In this document: positions 14,511 to 27,151 of the stretch, one piece after another | Layout of the letters: each line of letters starts with the position of its first letter | How positions within the stretch are numbered: position 1 is the stretch's first letter | Assembly: GCA_012295275.1 (NCBI GenBank) | Contig: CM022671.1 | Location: 16,306,001 to 16,370,000 of the forward strand | Length of the DNA stretch: 64,000 bases | Source: Chrysomallon squamiferum | Lineage: Eukaryota > Animalia > Mollusca | Reading direction: 5' to 3' | The notes under the pieces: generated by a model | What the model was told of the DNA's origin: nothing | Seen by the model: the letters and a program-made list of their open reading frames with translations, nothing else | Database searches by the model: none | Made by a program: the position numbers and the translations under genes

Positions 14511-16160
14511 CAGATGTCAGTGCAATTCAACAAACTATATACTCTATCTTTATATGTGTATATGCATTTGCATGCATTTGTTTGTGTGTGTGTATGAGAC
14601 TGAGAAAACATGTTAGTTGTTAAAATTATATCAGTAAAACATGATTTAAAAACATCCCTGCTAATGATGACATCACTGCCACTTTTCTGAAACATGGGGA
14701 ACTGCCACTGACGTTATTATATTTATTCTGAATGTAAAACTGCACAATTACAGCTAATTGGTAGATTAGTCAGATTCTCAGTAATTGTGTAACACTGTGA
14801 ATAACCATATCTTATCAGTTATTCAAACTGAGTGGCCAGAAACAACCTTCAGAGCCTTATATCATTTGAGGTTGTCAGTTTTAAAATACATTCTTAAATT
14901 CTTAAACACATCTGACAGATCCGCTAACTCAGAAAATGATTATCAACAGCTGCTGTTAAAGTTTTCATTTCAATTTATTTCATGTTAAGGATGAACGGAC
15001 ACAGATTCCTGACAACAGATATTTAATACAACGCAACTGTGGAACTGCATGATGAACTATCATTCAACAAGTTGAAATAATGCAATGCAACATGCAGTTA
15101 ACAGCAGGTTAAAAAACAACATGGCCTCTTTTTAAACGAGTCTGTGTTTGAAAAATAATATTTGCTTATTAATTGGTGGTATGATTCTCTAAACAGAAAC
15201 CTGATGTCCAGAGCCTAATTTTACCAATCAACAATGTAAGTTCTTTTACTACAGGCTTTCCAAAAACAAACCCCACTAAAGAAATAAATAGAGTTAAAAA
15301 ATAAATAAGAAAGAAACAAAAACAAATAAGGATAATGCTACATTTTCTTTGTATATAATGAATGACCTCTGATGTATGTGGCGACTCTTCTGGTTTGAAT
15401 GGGAAATAATGCACTAATAAAAAAAAAATTCCCTCTGCAGTTGTCACTCCTCTAGTGAATGTTATGTCATTTACCTACAGCCATATTCCATTTTACCAGT
15501 TAATATTAAAATACTCATTATGATGGTCCATCTTAATTCTGCACTGAAATTGTTTTTAGCCAACACAAAGAAATTAAGCTGACTTAACAGACAAAAGCAT
15601 GCATTATCCCAGTGTTTGAAAAAAAGATCAAACTGTCACAATTACCGAATTAATATTTACTTTGATCTTTGTGAAAGCAGGAGATAATGACATTCATATA
15701 ATTATATTATAATTGTTCATTACAAAATGAATTTTTAATTCTCTTCCTGACAGTTTTTTAATTATTACAATATCTTTTGTACAAACAAAAAGTGACTTAA
15801 TTGAGACAAAGTGAAGAAAAATTATTTACAAAAAAAATCTAAACATCATTTGACAAGTTTCAAAATATTTTCAGCTGAAAACCAAATCTGATGAAAACCA
15901 TCACAGCAATGAATCAAGGTTACAACTGCTAAAGTGCAGATTAGTTGCACTTTTCAACAGTTTTACAAATTAAAGCAGATTCTTCATAATTTCTGACAGG
16001 TATCAAATCATAACAAAATAGTCTTTTCACGGATCTCTTTTAACACTAAGAAGACTTAGTTTTATCCTTCTTTGTTTTGTATTTTTATTTTCATTTTTTT
16101 TAACACCTTTTCTACCTCAAACCAATTATTTTATCAATTTTTCTCCTTAATATGCGATAC

Positions 16161-16303
16161 CTGGTGACGTGAATCTGCAACAGAACATTCCACATCAATC
16201 ACTGTGAGTAGGTTTTGCATTAGCTGCACAAACACTGCAGCACTTGAAAGTCACTCCATCACACTTTGTGATGGTCGCATCCCTTGATCTCCAAATAACC
16301 TGG
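16161..16303 (-). other. Candidate minus-strand exon (non-coding or 5' UTR), preceded by a possible ~95-nt intron
   Basis: Minus strand reads gactaat (branch-like), then a long pyrimidine tract ttttttctcttctccttcctcctccccc, then CAG|CCAG|. The donor CAG|GTATCG at 16160 is weak. An upstream donor CAAG|GTAAGA lies at 16396. All three full-length frames contain stops. Confidence 0.3.
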
Positions 16304-16657
16304 CTGGGGGAGGAGGAAGGAGAAGAGAAAAAACAACAACAACAGCGGCATTAGTCGAGAAAAAGAAAAAGAGAAAAAAAGACAAAACCCTCTTACCTTG
16401 ACAGCAACTCACTTGAATGTGATCACTGAACACGTTGCCATCAACAGTTTCACACTCAAGTCCATTACCAGACTGTGGTCAGTTTTATTTCTTTTCTGGT
16501 TCAGTTCTGATAGGAAGAATGAACAATAATCAGTGGTGATCACCAGTGTAATCCTATGTCATTAGCAGTCACCTTCTCTGCCAGCTTTTATCCTTCCAAC
16601 AAACCATTTGTCTTGTCCCCTATTATTCACTGGCAAATCCTTACATCTTTCTCTCCA

Positions 16658-16712
16658 ATTTGAAGAAAACTAGGCTCGCAATTTCAAGAAAACTAGGCTT
16701 ACAACTTGAAGG
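16658..16712. repeat. ~23-bp direct duplication
   Basis: aattt(g/c)aagaaaactaggct twice, plus a partial third copy. Confidence 0.8.
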
Positions 16713-19700
16713 AAGGCATCACAATTGGTCTCATAAAACAGCACTGGAAACGAGACCACTTAGAACGTGACACCTACGGAGAGAGCAGAAGTGTTCAATT
16801 GCTTCTTGGAAGCTGCACAATGCATAGCAAATGGCGATGTTGCTGTGTTTTCAGCACTCGTTTTCAGCCAACACTGCCAGTTAGAGCAGCCCCAAACACA
16901 AACAGTGTGAGTAAAAGCCGAAACATCAATAGAATGTAATAGCCGGAGCAAATGTGAAAATGAAAACAGCTAAAGTATTCTGACGCAGCCATCGGTGTAA
17001 TACAAGTGTTTATACACATGTACACATGTACAAATATTTATAATTAACAAGACACATACAGAGCTAATAGATAGAGAGAGAGAAAAAAAATATCTGTATA
17101 CTGCAAACCTTATTTAACACACATAAAATACACTTACTGGTGAAACACTTTCTGTGCAGGTGAAGAGTAACATTTTATTAATAATCTCTATCAACCTAAT
17201 GAATTTACAACAAGGAATTTGCATTAATGTTACCATAGCATAAGGTTAGCTGTAACATTCATGGCTGCATTAATGAAAAGTTCCTTGTTTTTAATGTGAA
17301 GCTGTGTTTATGTATTTTTTATTTATTTACTTACTTACTTACTTACTTACTCACTCTCTTAATTTATTTATTTTTTGACTGAATTAGATCAAACTGTTAA
17401 AAATAAAAAGTGAGATGGTCAAGCTAAAAAAACACAAACAAAGCTACTCCATAATGTTTTATATCAACGTTGAAAAAAGATTTCTTGATATTTAATAACA
17501 ATTTGCAATAAAATTTCTTTTCATGCATACACATTCATTCACATTCACACTAATACAAAACAGTATCGGAAGATTTCATTAATATAATTGGCTGTGTTGC
17601 TGCTTTAAAGAAGCTTGACAGTTAAATAAATGCATCTCGAAGTCGAGGGACAGAGAGAGAGTAATGAGAAAGACAGCAAACTTTATATACGCAAACTGCA
17701 TGTTACAGCACCAACATGTAATACCATTAAATCTATTTTAGGCTCATCTTTTTGCAGAAGCAGGCTCTGCAGAATGGCCATTTGCCAGACCAATATTGAC
17801 CTATGGGCAGAAGCTGGATATGAATACCTGGGAACTGTTTGGACAGTACAACGATCACCAAGATCATGCCTCCATCACCCTTGTGCATGATGTTGCATAC
17901 AACAACGTCCATCCATGTTTTATCTGTGAAATATGAACTGCACAGTGCTTTTATCTCATTTATGATGCACATCACTGAACAAAAGCCCAATGTTATTAAA
18001 TTACGGTGGTTCTCTTTAAGATAAGAGTTTAAAAAAGTAAAACCCGAAAGATGAAGGTCAGCATTTTGTTTTCGCATTTTGATATGGCTTACGCTGATGT
18101 TTTTTTGAAAGTGCATTAACACGGATACTGATAGCTGATGTTCATCATTACACCTAACAAACAGTCTGAAATATCTGGGTGTAATATTCACTTGTAATTA
18201 TGTGCTTTAGAAAAATGGCTCTTTGAAAACATGGTGATATATCCAGAGTTGTTTACTCACTGCAGAGAAACAAAACTAAACTTATAATGTTAATTTTTTT
18301 TCCTCATTAAAACATAAAAAAATAAATGTTTTGTTTGCTAGGAGACATATTTATTTTTGTATTAGCTTTAATAGGCAACAAATTAAGACTGGTAATAAAA
18401 AATAGTGTTTTTTTTGTATAAAATAATCTTAGAATAATGAAAAAAAAATAATGGCTGCAGAAAATAATATATTTACTTTGAAAGTCTTTTTAGAGATCAT
18501 ATACATATTTTTATTTCATCAACACCCACACACACATGCATACAGACGTACGTGCATATCTACACGACACACACACACACCATATGTAGTCATGGTTACC
18601 TGGCATTATGCATTCTAGTACCTAGACAAAACAAACTTCGTCTTCCTTTATTTCAATCTCATTTATGAAGCACTTTGTGACCATCATCAAATGAAATCTA
18701 CTTTTGCAAAATAATAAATACCATAAGATATCAAAAGGAAAATAAACCCCATCTGCTTCATGGATCTATGAGAAAATAAAAGCAATCACAAGATTTCTCT
18801 GAAATATATCTGCAATCGAATTCACATGTGCCTGAGATTCGCTCGTCGCATGTTGCTATCAGTGCAGTGTAGTCGGTGAGTAAAATGGGGTGAGATATCG
18901 TGTGAGGTATGTGACATCAATTGGCATATAAATCTAACGGTAACTCTGAATCATGACAGCCACCAAGCTGACACGAAGTTAAATCAGCCAGTGGTATCAC
19001 ACAAACATCAGCATTAAACTGGAGCAAATTTCTTCATCTTTATAAGAAGCAAACGTCTTTATCTCATACGACTGTAAACAAAAACTTGTAAATTTTCTAA
19101 TAATGATAGCGATCATCTGATGGCAGAATATCATTGAGATGAACTGAGTAGAAATATAGCCAAAAAAATATAATAAAAATAATAATAGAGAGTGCACAAA
19201 AGATGTGGAACAGGGGCAATCAGAAAAATCTGCTTACAAGCTAGAGCTTAAGACTGCAGAATAAAATTGAGATAAGACTAAAATCAATCACTGGAAGTCC
19301 CATGTGAATTTCATAATGGATGCAGTTTGGTCAAAATTGACGTCCAAAGTTTCCAGCTCACTAACTGGCTCTCCTATTTTTAAAAATAAAGTTCTCTTAA
19401 TGTTGCAGGATGGTAAATATTGAGGACAAAAGCTGCACACATTATTGACGTATACTGCCTGGTTCTTAGCCTGAATGATGTCTGACTTAAAGTAAAGCAT
19501 TTAAATAAAGCTGAAGTGACTTCCTTGGTGAATGAATTAATGAGTAAAATAGTATATTTTGTCAACAACTCTTGTGATCATCATGTTCTATTAAATTTGC
19601 TTAACATGACTTTTAAATACTTGTTCTATTATATGTACATTATATGACTTTAATACCTGTTCTGTTACATTTCTTATTCTTTTTGTTTTTCAATACTTGA

Positions 19701-20114
19701 TAACAGTGAATAATATTGTTTTATAGTTGGGATTTTAACTGCTTTTGTTTTGCTGGTGGATGTTGGTGGTTTTTTTTTGTTCCCATCATGTTTGACGATA
19801 TAACAGATATTCTACATATACATATATATCTACGTCTCATCACTGTCTAAACAAGACATGTAAGACTCCCCTGTGTCTTTGTTATGATGATGTCATCTGA
19901 CAGCAGAGCAAGGTGGACACACATACAACTATTTACCAACATCGTGAGAAACCTGTCATATCTCCATCACTGCAGTCACCACTGCCTGTTATCAGTTCAT
20001 CAACACCTCTTCTTGTAGGGTAAGTCACAAAAATGTGAGGACTTTAATTTCACTGCACGGGATGACAAAGGAATATAATATATCTTGCTTATTCAGTTAT
20101 GACAAGCATATTTG

Positions 20115-20159
<45 letters not shown>

Positions 20160-22192
20160 CTTTGTGTTTCTATGGTTGTTGGTTGAATATAAACAAACAG
20201 ATTTGCATGTTCATGGGTTCAGTAGCATATAAGCAACCTATCACTGGATTAAAGTAATAAAAATTAAATGTTACACAAAGGTGCATTTATTTTGTGATTA
20301 TTATTAATTATTAATATTAAGTTCATATGGATGAGACATGAAAGAAGATCAAAAATTAAAATTGATATACAAGTTATCTCTATATATTATGTATAAAAAT
20401 TAAATGACTGCAGTTAATGAAAATACACTGCAACAATCCACCATAAATAATTTTTAATTAGTAATGTAAATTTTATTTATGCACCTATTTTCACTGAAGT
20501 TGAAAGAAAAATAACCATGGTTGAAGATAATTAAAACCTCCACTAACTTTAACACAGACAATCAGCTGACAGTTCAGTCTTTAAAAAGTGTTTCCTGCAG
20601 AACTGCTTCAATTTCAAGAAAAAAAAAAAAAAAAAAAAGCAGATTTTTTTGTTAACTTTAATTTAAAATTGATGTCTGTAATATTAGCTATATTAGTTTT
20701 TAAGTATGTCATTTCAAATGATAATATTTTTATTGACAATATATTTTTTTTTTTTTTTTTTTTTGATATTCCTGCAAATGGTCTGTATATTGTACTTTAA
20801 AAATAAGAACACACTTTCTCGTCCAAACCTCTTTTTTTTTAACTTATAAAATACAGTGATGTTAGCTACTGGAGAAAATTCTACTGTAATTGAATGATTC
20901 AAACTTTATTGGGCCTTATGTTCAATAAATCTGTCTTAAAATTCTTTATACAGGTTTTTAGAAACTGATACATAAAAGTTTAAAGCCAGCTTTATCAGAC
21001 AAAGCTGCAGTATGGACTTGTGAATAAAATCAGTTTTTTTTCTCACCAGATGTTTAAATAATGGTATAATTTATTTGCAGTCTATTCTACGATTGAGATA
21101 TATAGTCCACATATTTAAATCTTTTCCTTAACAGTGGCAGTGCTGATCCATCAAGTGGACAACTAACCAAATTAGATGGTAATCCAATTACTTGACTAGC
21201 AAACCCAATATACCACCTATATACTTGTAATTTATAGAAACTTCAAATAAACTGAAATAAATGGATGGACCTTGTGGGCAATAAATATATAGCTATCCTT
21301 AAACAACCGTATTTTTTTTCAAACACATAATTCTTTTTTTATTATTCCAATTGAATTATCTAGTAATTCAGTAAATGCGTTTAAAGTGATTATTCAAATC
21401 ATTTAATGATCTGAAAGTATCAGTATATTTTTATTTTCAAATATACAGCTAGACTTTGTGGTTATCTATTCAACAGTAATGCAATGAAAATGCTTGGGTG
21501 ACAATGAAATGCACTATAATTAGCAATAATTCAGAATTAAACTGGAGGTCATTATTCTTAGTCTTGAATAAAATGCTTCCTTACAGGCTTATTTCTTTAG
21601 AAATTTCAAAAAAAAAAGTGGTCTTTATAAGGGATAAACTGAGATAGTTGATAGATGTGATTTTATTATACCTGTCGATTTTTCCTAAAGAAATTAAACA
21701 AAATGTGAAAAATGTATACCATGATCTAAATGCATTCATTTAGTACCAGCTGGTGGATACACAGGCCTATGTCAGATATTATTTTTTTTAAAAGTTGTTG
21801 TTTTTTGTTTTGTCATGAAAGAAAACCTTTTCTTATTTCTATTACACAGTTTTCAAAACAAATAAATATTTATTACCATATATTTATTATTTTGGATAAG
21901 CATTTAAAGAAAAGAAATTTGGGCTTTTATCCAATTTCTATGAAAAACAAATTTAGTTGTTTTGAAGCTTGTCCAAACTTTCTGGTTTGTCTAAATGTTT
22001 TGAAACTGGTTCAGATGCATGTTCTGAATTAATGGTTTATTTTTAGTGTCATATACATTTACCATTTTTATTGCTTCCTTGTATTTGCAACAATTTTTAT
22101 GTGTGCCAAGATTCCTAAGTTAAACCAATATATATTCTCTCCCTCTCTCTCTCTAAAACTCTGTCTCTCAGTTAATTTCTCTCTTTCTCTTT

Positions 22193-22226
<34 letters not shown>

Positions 22227-22828
22227 ATGCTCAAGCACATGTATGCCTGAAGTAACAAGCTATAAAAATCATCAGATATGACACAAAAGAAATGTATTAT
22301 GCATTATATCTGGCTTTAGAATTTGATAATGACTGCAGAAATGATAAAAACAACGGAGCTTAAATGTTTTTCCAACCCTGTTTGGACAACTGTAGACAAA
22401 AAACAAATACGCTGTAAGAATTAATAACTAAATAAGCTTCAAATCATAATAATTTTTAAAAATTCCAAAACAAGCATAAACATGTCAACAATCATTTTAT
22501 GCCTACTTTAGAAATGAAGAAAAATCGTTCCTGAAAAATATTATTTTAAAAACTGTACGTACCAGACACAAAAATTCTTCTCAGACTTGAAATGTGTCGA
22601 GGTTTATTTCACAAAACAACGCAAACAGTAAGCATCTGTCTGTCTGAACGGAGACTGAAAAAGTCTGTAATGGCGTGCTACAAAACAGCTGATATCAATC
22701 TTAAAATGTTTCCTGTGTTCCAGAAAAATAAAATGACTTCACAGGGTGTAAATAAAAGCTTTTATCAGATGGAGTGACTTATCACCCATTGTGTGGCTCT
22801 CAGGTGGAACATGGACTGAAAACACTCC

Positions 22829-23232
22829 AATGGACAAGAAACTGATGTAAAACTGGGACTGTACCAGGAGGTGTTCATTACCACACAGACAGTAAGGCTG
22901 ATGACAGAAAAATCACACCCACATTTTTTTTACTATGAATAAGCCATTAATTTACATTAAATTTTTATTAATATGGACAAGAACTGATGTGTATCTAGTA
23001 CTGGGCCAAAAGGTATCCATTACCATACAGACAATACAGCTGATGACATGAAAATATCTATGAATATGCCATTAACTTATGTTAAATATTTATTGAAATA
23101 TTTGTTGTATTTTTGTGGGAGTTTATGGATGAGGTAACTAGAATTGTACCAGGAGGTATTCATTATCACATAGACAAAACTGCTGATGACACAAAAATTG
23201 CACCCAAACTATGAATAAACCATTCATTTATG
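22829..23232. repeat. Degenerate ~145-bp tandem repeat, 3 copies
   Basis: ggt.t.catta.ca.a.agaca....gctgatgaca...ctatgaata..ccatt occurs three times. Confidence 0.85.
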
Positions 23233-23542
23233 AAAATAACAAAAATGTTTTATTATTACTAGTGATGTAAGTATATAAACAAAAAAAATTGAAGAAAAAT
23301 TCCATTAATTTATAATTAATATATTTATGTAAATATATATTTTATTTTTGTTATGACTAATGATATAAGAATGTCCCCTGTTAGGAAAATGCATTCCATG
23401 ATCTTTGAACTTTGAAATAGCAGTTTTGGTCACTAGCTGAAAAAGAGAAAATTGGAAAGGACATACTGAAGTATAAAGTTCACAAGATCAGCCTTTCTCA
23501 TTGTTCCAACTTCTCTGTTTTTCTATTCCTATGGTGCCCAAA

Positions 23543-23722
23543 AGATGATGGTATGTAAAAAAATCATGGTTTGTCACCAATCATGGTATATCAAAGATAA
23601 CAGTATATCAAAGATCATGATATGTGATAGATCATGGTATTTAAGGATGACAGTATGTCAAAAATGATGGTATGTTCAAGATCATGGTATGTCAAAGATT
23701 ATGGTTTGTCAAGGATCACAGT
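23543..23722. repeat. ~17-bp minisatellite, ~10 copies
   Basis: Consensus approximately gatcatggtatgtcaaa. Confidence 0.85.
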
Positions 23723-24132
23723 AAATGCTACCTGTGATAAAGCACAATTTGTATTATTACAACTTTTTATCATGACAACATTATTACGAACCATGTACCG
23801 TGATTAAAAACCAGATCGACAGAAGTTTATGAAATGAAATTATTTCAAAATCATGTTTATTCACCATTTCAGAACTGAGTAATATGAGGAGGAGACAACT
23901 CAAGAGAAATCAGTGATTGAAATAAAGAGTGCGCTGTTAAAACAAGGACAAACAGTAAATTAACTACAAGACGCAGCAGTTGTGTAATCTCGCAGGCAAT
24001 CAATAACACCGGCACAACACTGGTAACAGCAGCATGCAACGTACCAATTATTTCTTCATCATCCACTATTGCATAAAGCAATTACAATGCAGTTTTAAAT
24101 GGTTTGCATGTTACGTCAACTAGGAACAAGTA

Positions 24133-24163
<31 letters not shown>

Positions 24164-25019
24164 TATTCCAAACATGATTGCCTCTATCATCAGCTTGTGT
24201 AGAAATAACTGATAATTTTACTGAGTCATTTGCATCAGTTGTTAAAGGATTTTCATTCTAAAACGTCAGTAGGGATTTAGGAAACAGAAACGTTCCATTT
24301 TGTTGAGAAAAAAAAAAACTGTTCAAAGCAATTCATCATATTTTTGTTTTTGTGCCTGAAAACTTGAAATGTAAATCTTTATTTTATTTTTTTTATTTTA
24401 ATTGTTCTCACATTTCTTTATTCAATTTGAAATTGAATACTATTTCCAAATTCACAATTACCACATTAATATGTTTTAAATATTCCCAAAATATAATAAC
24501 AGTAATTCCGAAACAGAATAACCTTATTTGTTACAATTACAGAAGGGTTATTATTATAAATTATATTTAATAAAAACAGCAAAAAAAAAATACTATTTAT
24601 TTATTAACAATAAATCTGAATAGATCAGCCATGACTATTCCAATTATGACAAATGTTTGTACTAAACATCTTTAACAAAATAATGAAAATTACTATTTAT
24701 TTATTAATATTCCAATCTGCTTAGTCAAGGTAGTTGAAAGAGATAACAGAAACAGAACAAAACTTTCAAGTTTAGTACAGAAACATCAGCCCATCCTTAA
24801 GGATCAACACTGACAGGATAATAATAATAATTTTAAACAGGAAAGTGATAGCTTTTTCCTTCAGACAACAATGGCTCTGTCTAAGCACCTCATTATAATG
24901 CTGTAGGTATTACAAGATGATTCACATTGAGAATATGCAGCAGGGTGCAGAATGTACCCATTAACACTGAATACGATACACAGACTCATTGTGTTTCAAC
25001 ACCAAAGTTCATCACTTAC

Positions 25020-25081
25020 CTTCGTCTTCTAATCTCAGTATTATCCAGCATAACCCAGTCTTAGCATTTTTCTCAAAACTT
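25020..25081 (-). other. Candidate 62-nt minus-strand exon, possibly containing a start codon (MLDNTEIRRR...)
   Basis: Acceptor ttttgtttttgtttctgttgCAG| and consensus donor AAG|GTAAGT. ATG at 25051 is open to the donor; another frame is open throughout (SFEKNAKTGLCWIILRLEDE). Neither peptide is recognised. Confidence 0.55.
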
Positions 25082-26194
25082 CTGCAACAGAAACAAAAAC
25101 AAAATGTATAATTCATATTTTTTCTCAAAAATTCAAAACGGTTTATTAAAAAAATATATTCTGTTCAATATTGCACAGTTGTCTGGCTTGATCACAGTAA
25201 TTAAGATAATGACTCAAAGGTAAAAAAGTAAATAATACAAAATATACTAAACAGTAATATTCAGACTATCTGCTCAGTAACAGCCACTGAATTTAGTTTT
25301 TATCATTGGTATTTATCATTTAGAAGCAAACAGTTTGGTAATATATAAGATAAATTTATTTTATTATTATTTTAAGGATTTGGTATTAATTTATCATCAT
25401 TACCATCATCATCATCACACTTATTAATATTACAGAAATACAAGACTTTCTGTCTATATGGTACACTACACACACTTACATGTATGTTTTTAAATTACAC
25501 AAGTGCCATGGTTCAGTGAGTGTTTAAATTCAGTGTTTAGATCAACAGAGATAACATTTAATACTGACATTTCAATTATAATAAATTTTCTTCTGTAGAC
25601 TTTGTCACAAAAAGGAGATGAAATTAGATACATATATTAAAGAGTACTCAAACTAAAAGCCCACGAGTTTGAAAAGTTCGGGTTAATCCTCAGGTCCAAT
25701 CAAAACAAAAACATTCCGATATAAATCAGCTGCAGAAAAAACAACTTTGATATAAATGCAAATTCAGCTTAAGCCCCCTTTTTTCCAGTTAAGTGCACTT
25801 TAATGTACATTCCAAAAAAAAAAAAACTTTACTTATCTTTTCTAAACAAAACATCTCAGAGAATTATCGAACAACATCATCTTGTAATAACGTTAGATAA
25901 TATTTCACACTAGTATCTAACAGAAGTATTTGTAACACAGCCCCAAAACTATCATTTATCATTACTTATTTTTTTCCCCAATACTGTTTCATTGTTGACA
26001 GTATATCAGAGCAGTTTCACACCATAATACTTCAAAATACTAAATCGTTACATAACCTCAGAAAAACTATATCATTACATCTCACAACAGTATCTAAGAA
26101 TAGTATTCTTAACATTACCGAAAACTGTAAGTTCAACATTAAAGACTATTTCACAATACAGTTTCATTATTTCAGTATCACTGTTAACAGCATA

Positions 26195-26620
26195 TCACAC
26201 ACACTATTGTGTTACATAACCTCTCAACACAACTTCATTACACAACCTCACAATACTACACCATTACATAACCTCTCAACACAACTTCATTACACAACCT
26301 CACAATACACCATTACATAATCTCACATTACACCAATATATAACCTCTCAACATTACACCATTACATAACCTCACACGATGCCATTTCATAACCTTGCAA
26401 CACTACACTATTACATATCCTCGCAACACTATACCATTACATAACCTCACAACACTACCACCATTACATAACCTCACAACAAAACACCAATACATATCCT
26501 CACAACACTACACCAGTACATAACCTCACATCTCTATATCATTACACTACCTCACAACACAACACAATATAACATAACCTCAAAAGCACTACATCATAAC
26601 CTAAAAACACTACATGATTA
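26195..26620. repeat. ~24-28-bp minisatellite (cattacataacctcacaacactacac)
   Basis: About 15 variable copies; more decayed similarity extends upstream toward ~25900. Confidence 0.9.
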
Positions 26621-26741
26621 TCCAATTTCTCAACAGTTCATCATCTTAGTACCTCATGACACTATATCACTTAGCTGGAGAGATTTTCTGTGTGTATGGC
26701 TGCCACAGATAAGAAAGTATTCTAATACCACTCTATGATAT

Positions 26742-26807
26742 ACAGGTTGTGGGCCACAGGTGCAAGTGGGTGCAGCCCGTTAGAATAGTTCCCACCTGCA
26801 CCTGCAA
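26742..26807. mobile_element. Inverted-repeat fragment, possible CpG-decayed DNA-transposon/MITE end
   Basis: caggtgcaagtggg (26757-26770) pairs with cccacctgcacctg (26791-26804) at 13/14 positions; locally GC-rich. The transposon assignment is inference. Confidence 0.35.
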
Positions 26808-26931
26808 TAGTTTTTGTAAATAGATGTGGTACATTCTCGTAACCAAGGTGAAACTGATTTAAAGCTGATTTTTGTTAAAAAATTATCATTGAAGGATCAA
26901 ATTTGAAATAAAAAGAGAACAAAAAAACGTT

Positions 26932-27105
26932 CATGTATATGTTTGTGATATGAATGTATATGTTTATAATATGAATGTGTGTTTGTGATATGAATATCTA
27001 TTTTTGTGATGTGAATATATATGTTTATGATATACATGCATATTTTTGTAATGTGAGTGTACATGTTTATGATATACATGTTTTTGAAAGTGAGTGTACA
27101 CAAAT
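26932..27105. repeat. ~20-bp degenerate minisatellite
   Basis: tatgtttgtgatatgaatgta-like units, ~8 copies. Confidence 0.8.
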
Positions 27106-27118
27106 GTGTGTTCCTGTG

Positions 27119-27151
<33 letters not shown>

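Noticed and set aside
14093-14695. Cys/Val- and His/Thr-rich ORFs (metallothionein-like appearance)
   Set aside because: Translations of CA/TG repeats that are open in several frames; the same applies to 55006-55360 and 50637-50915.
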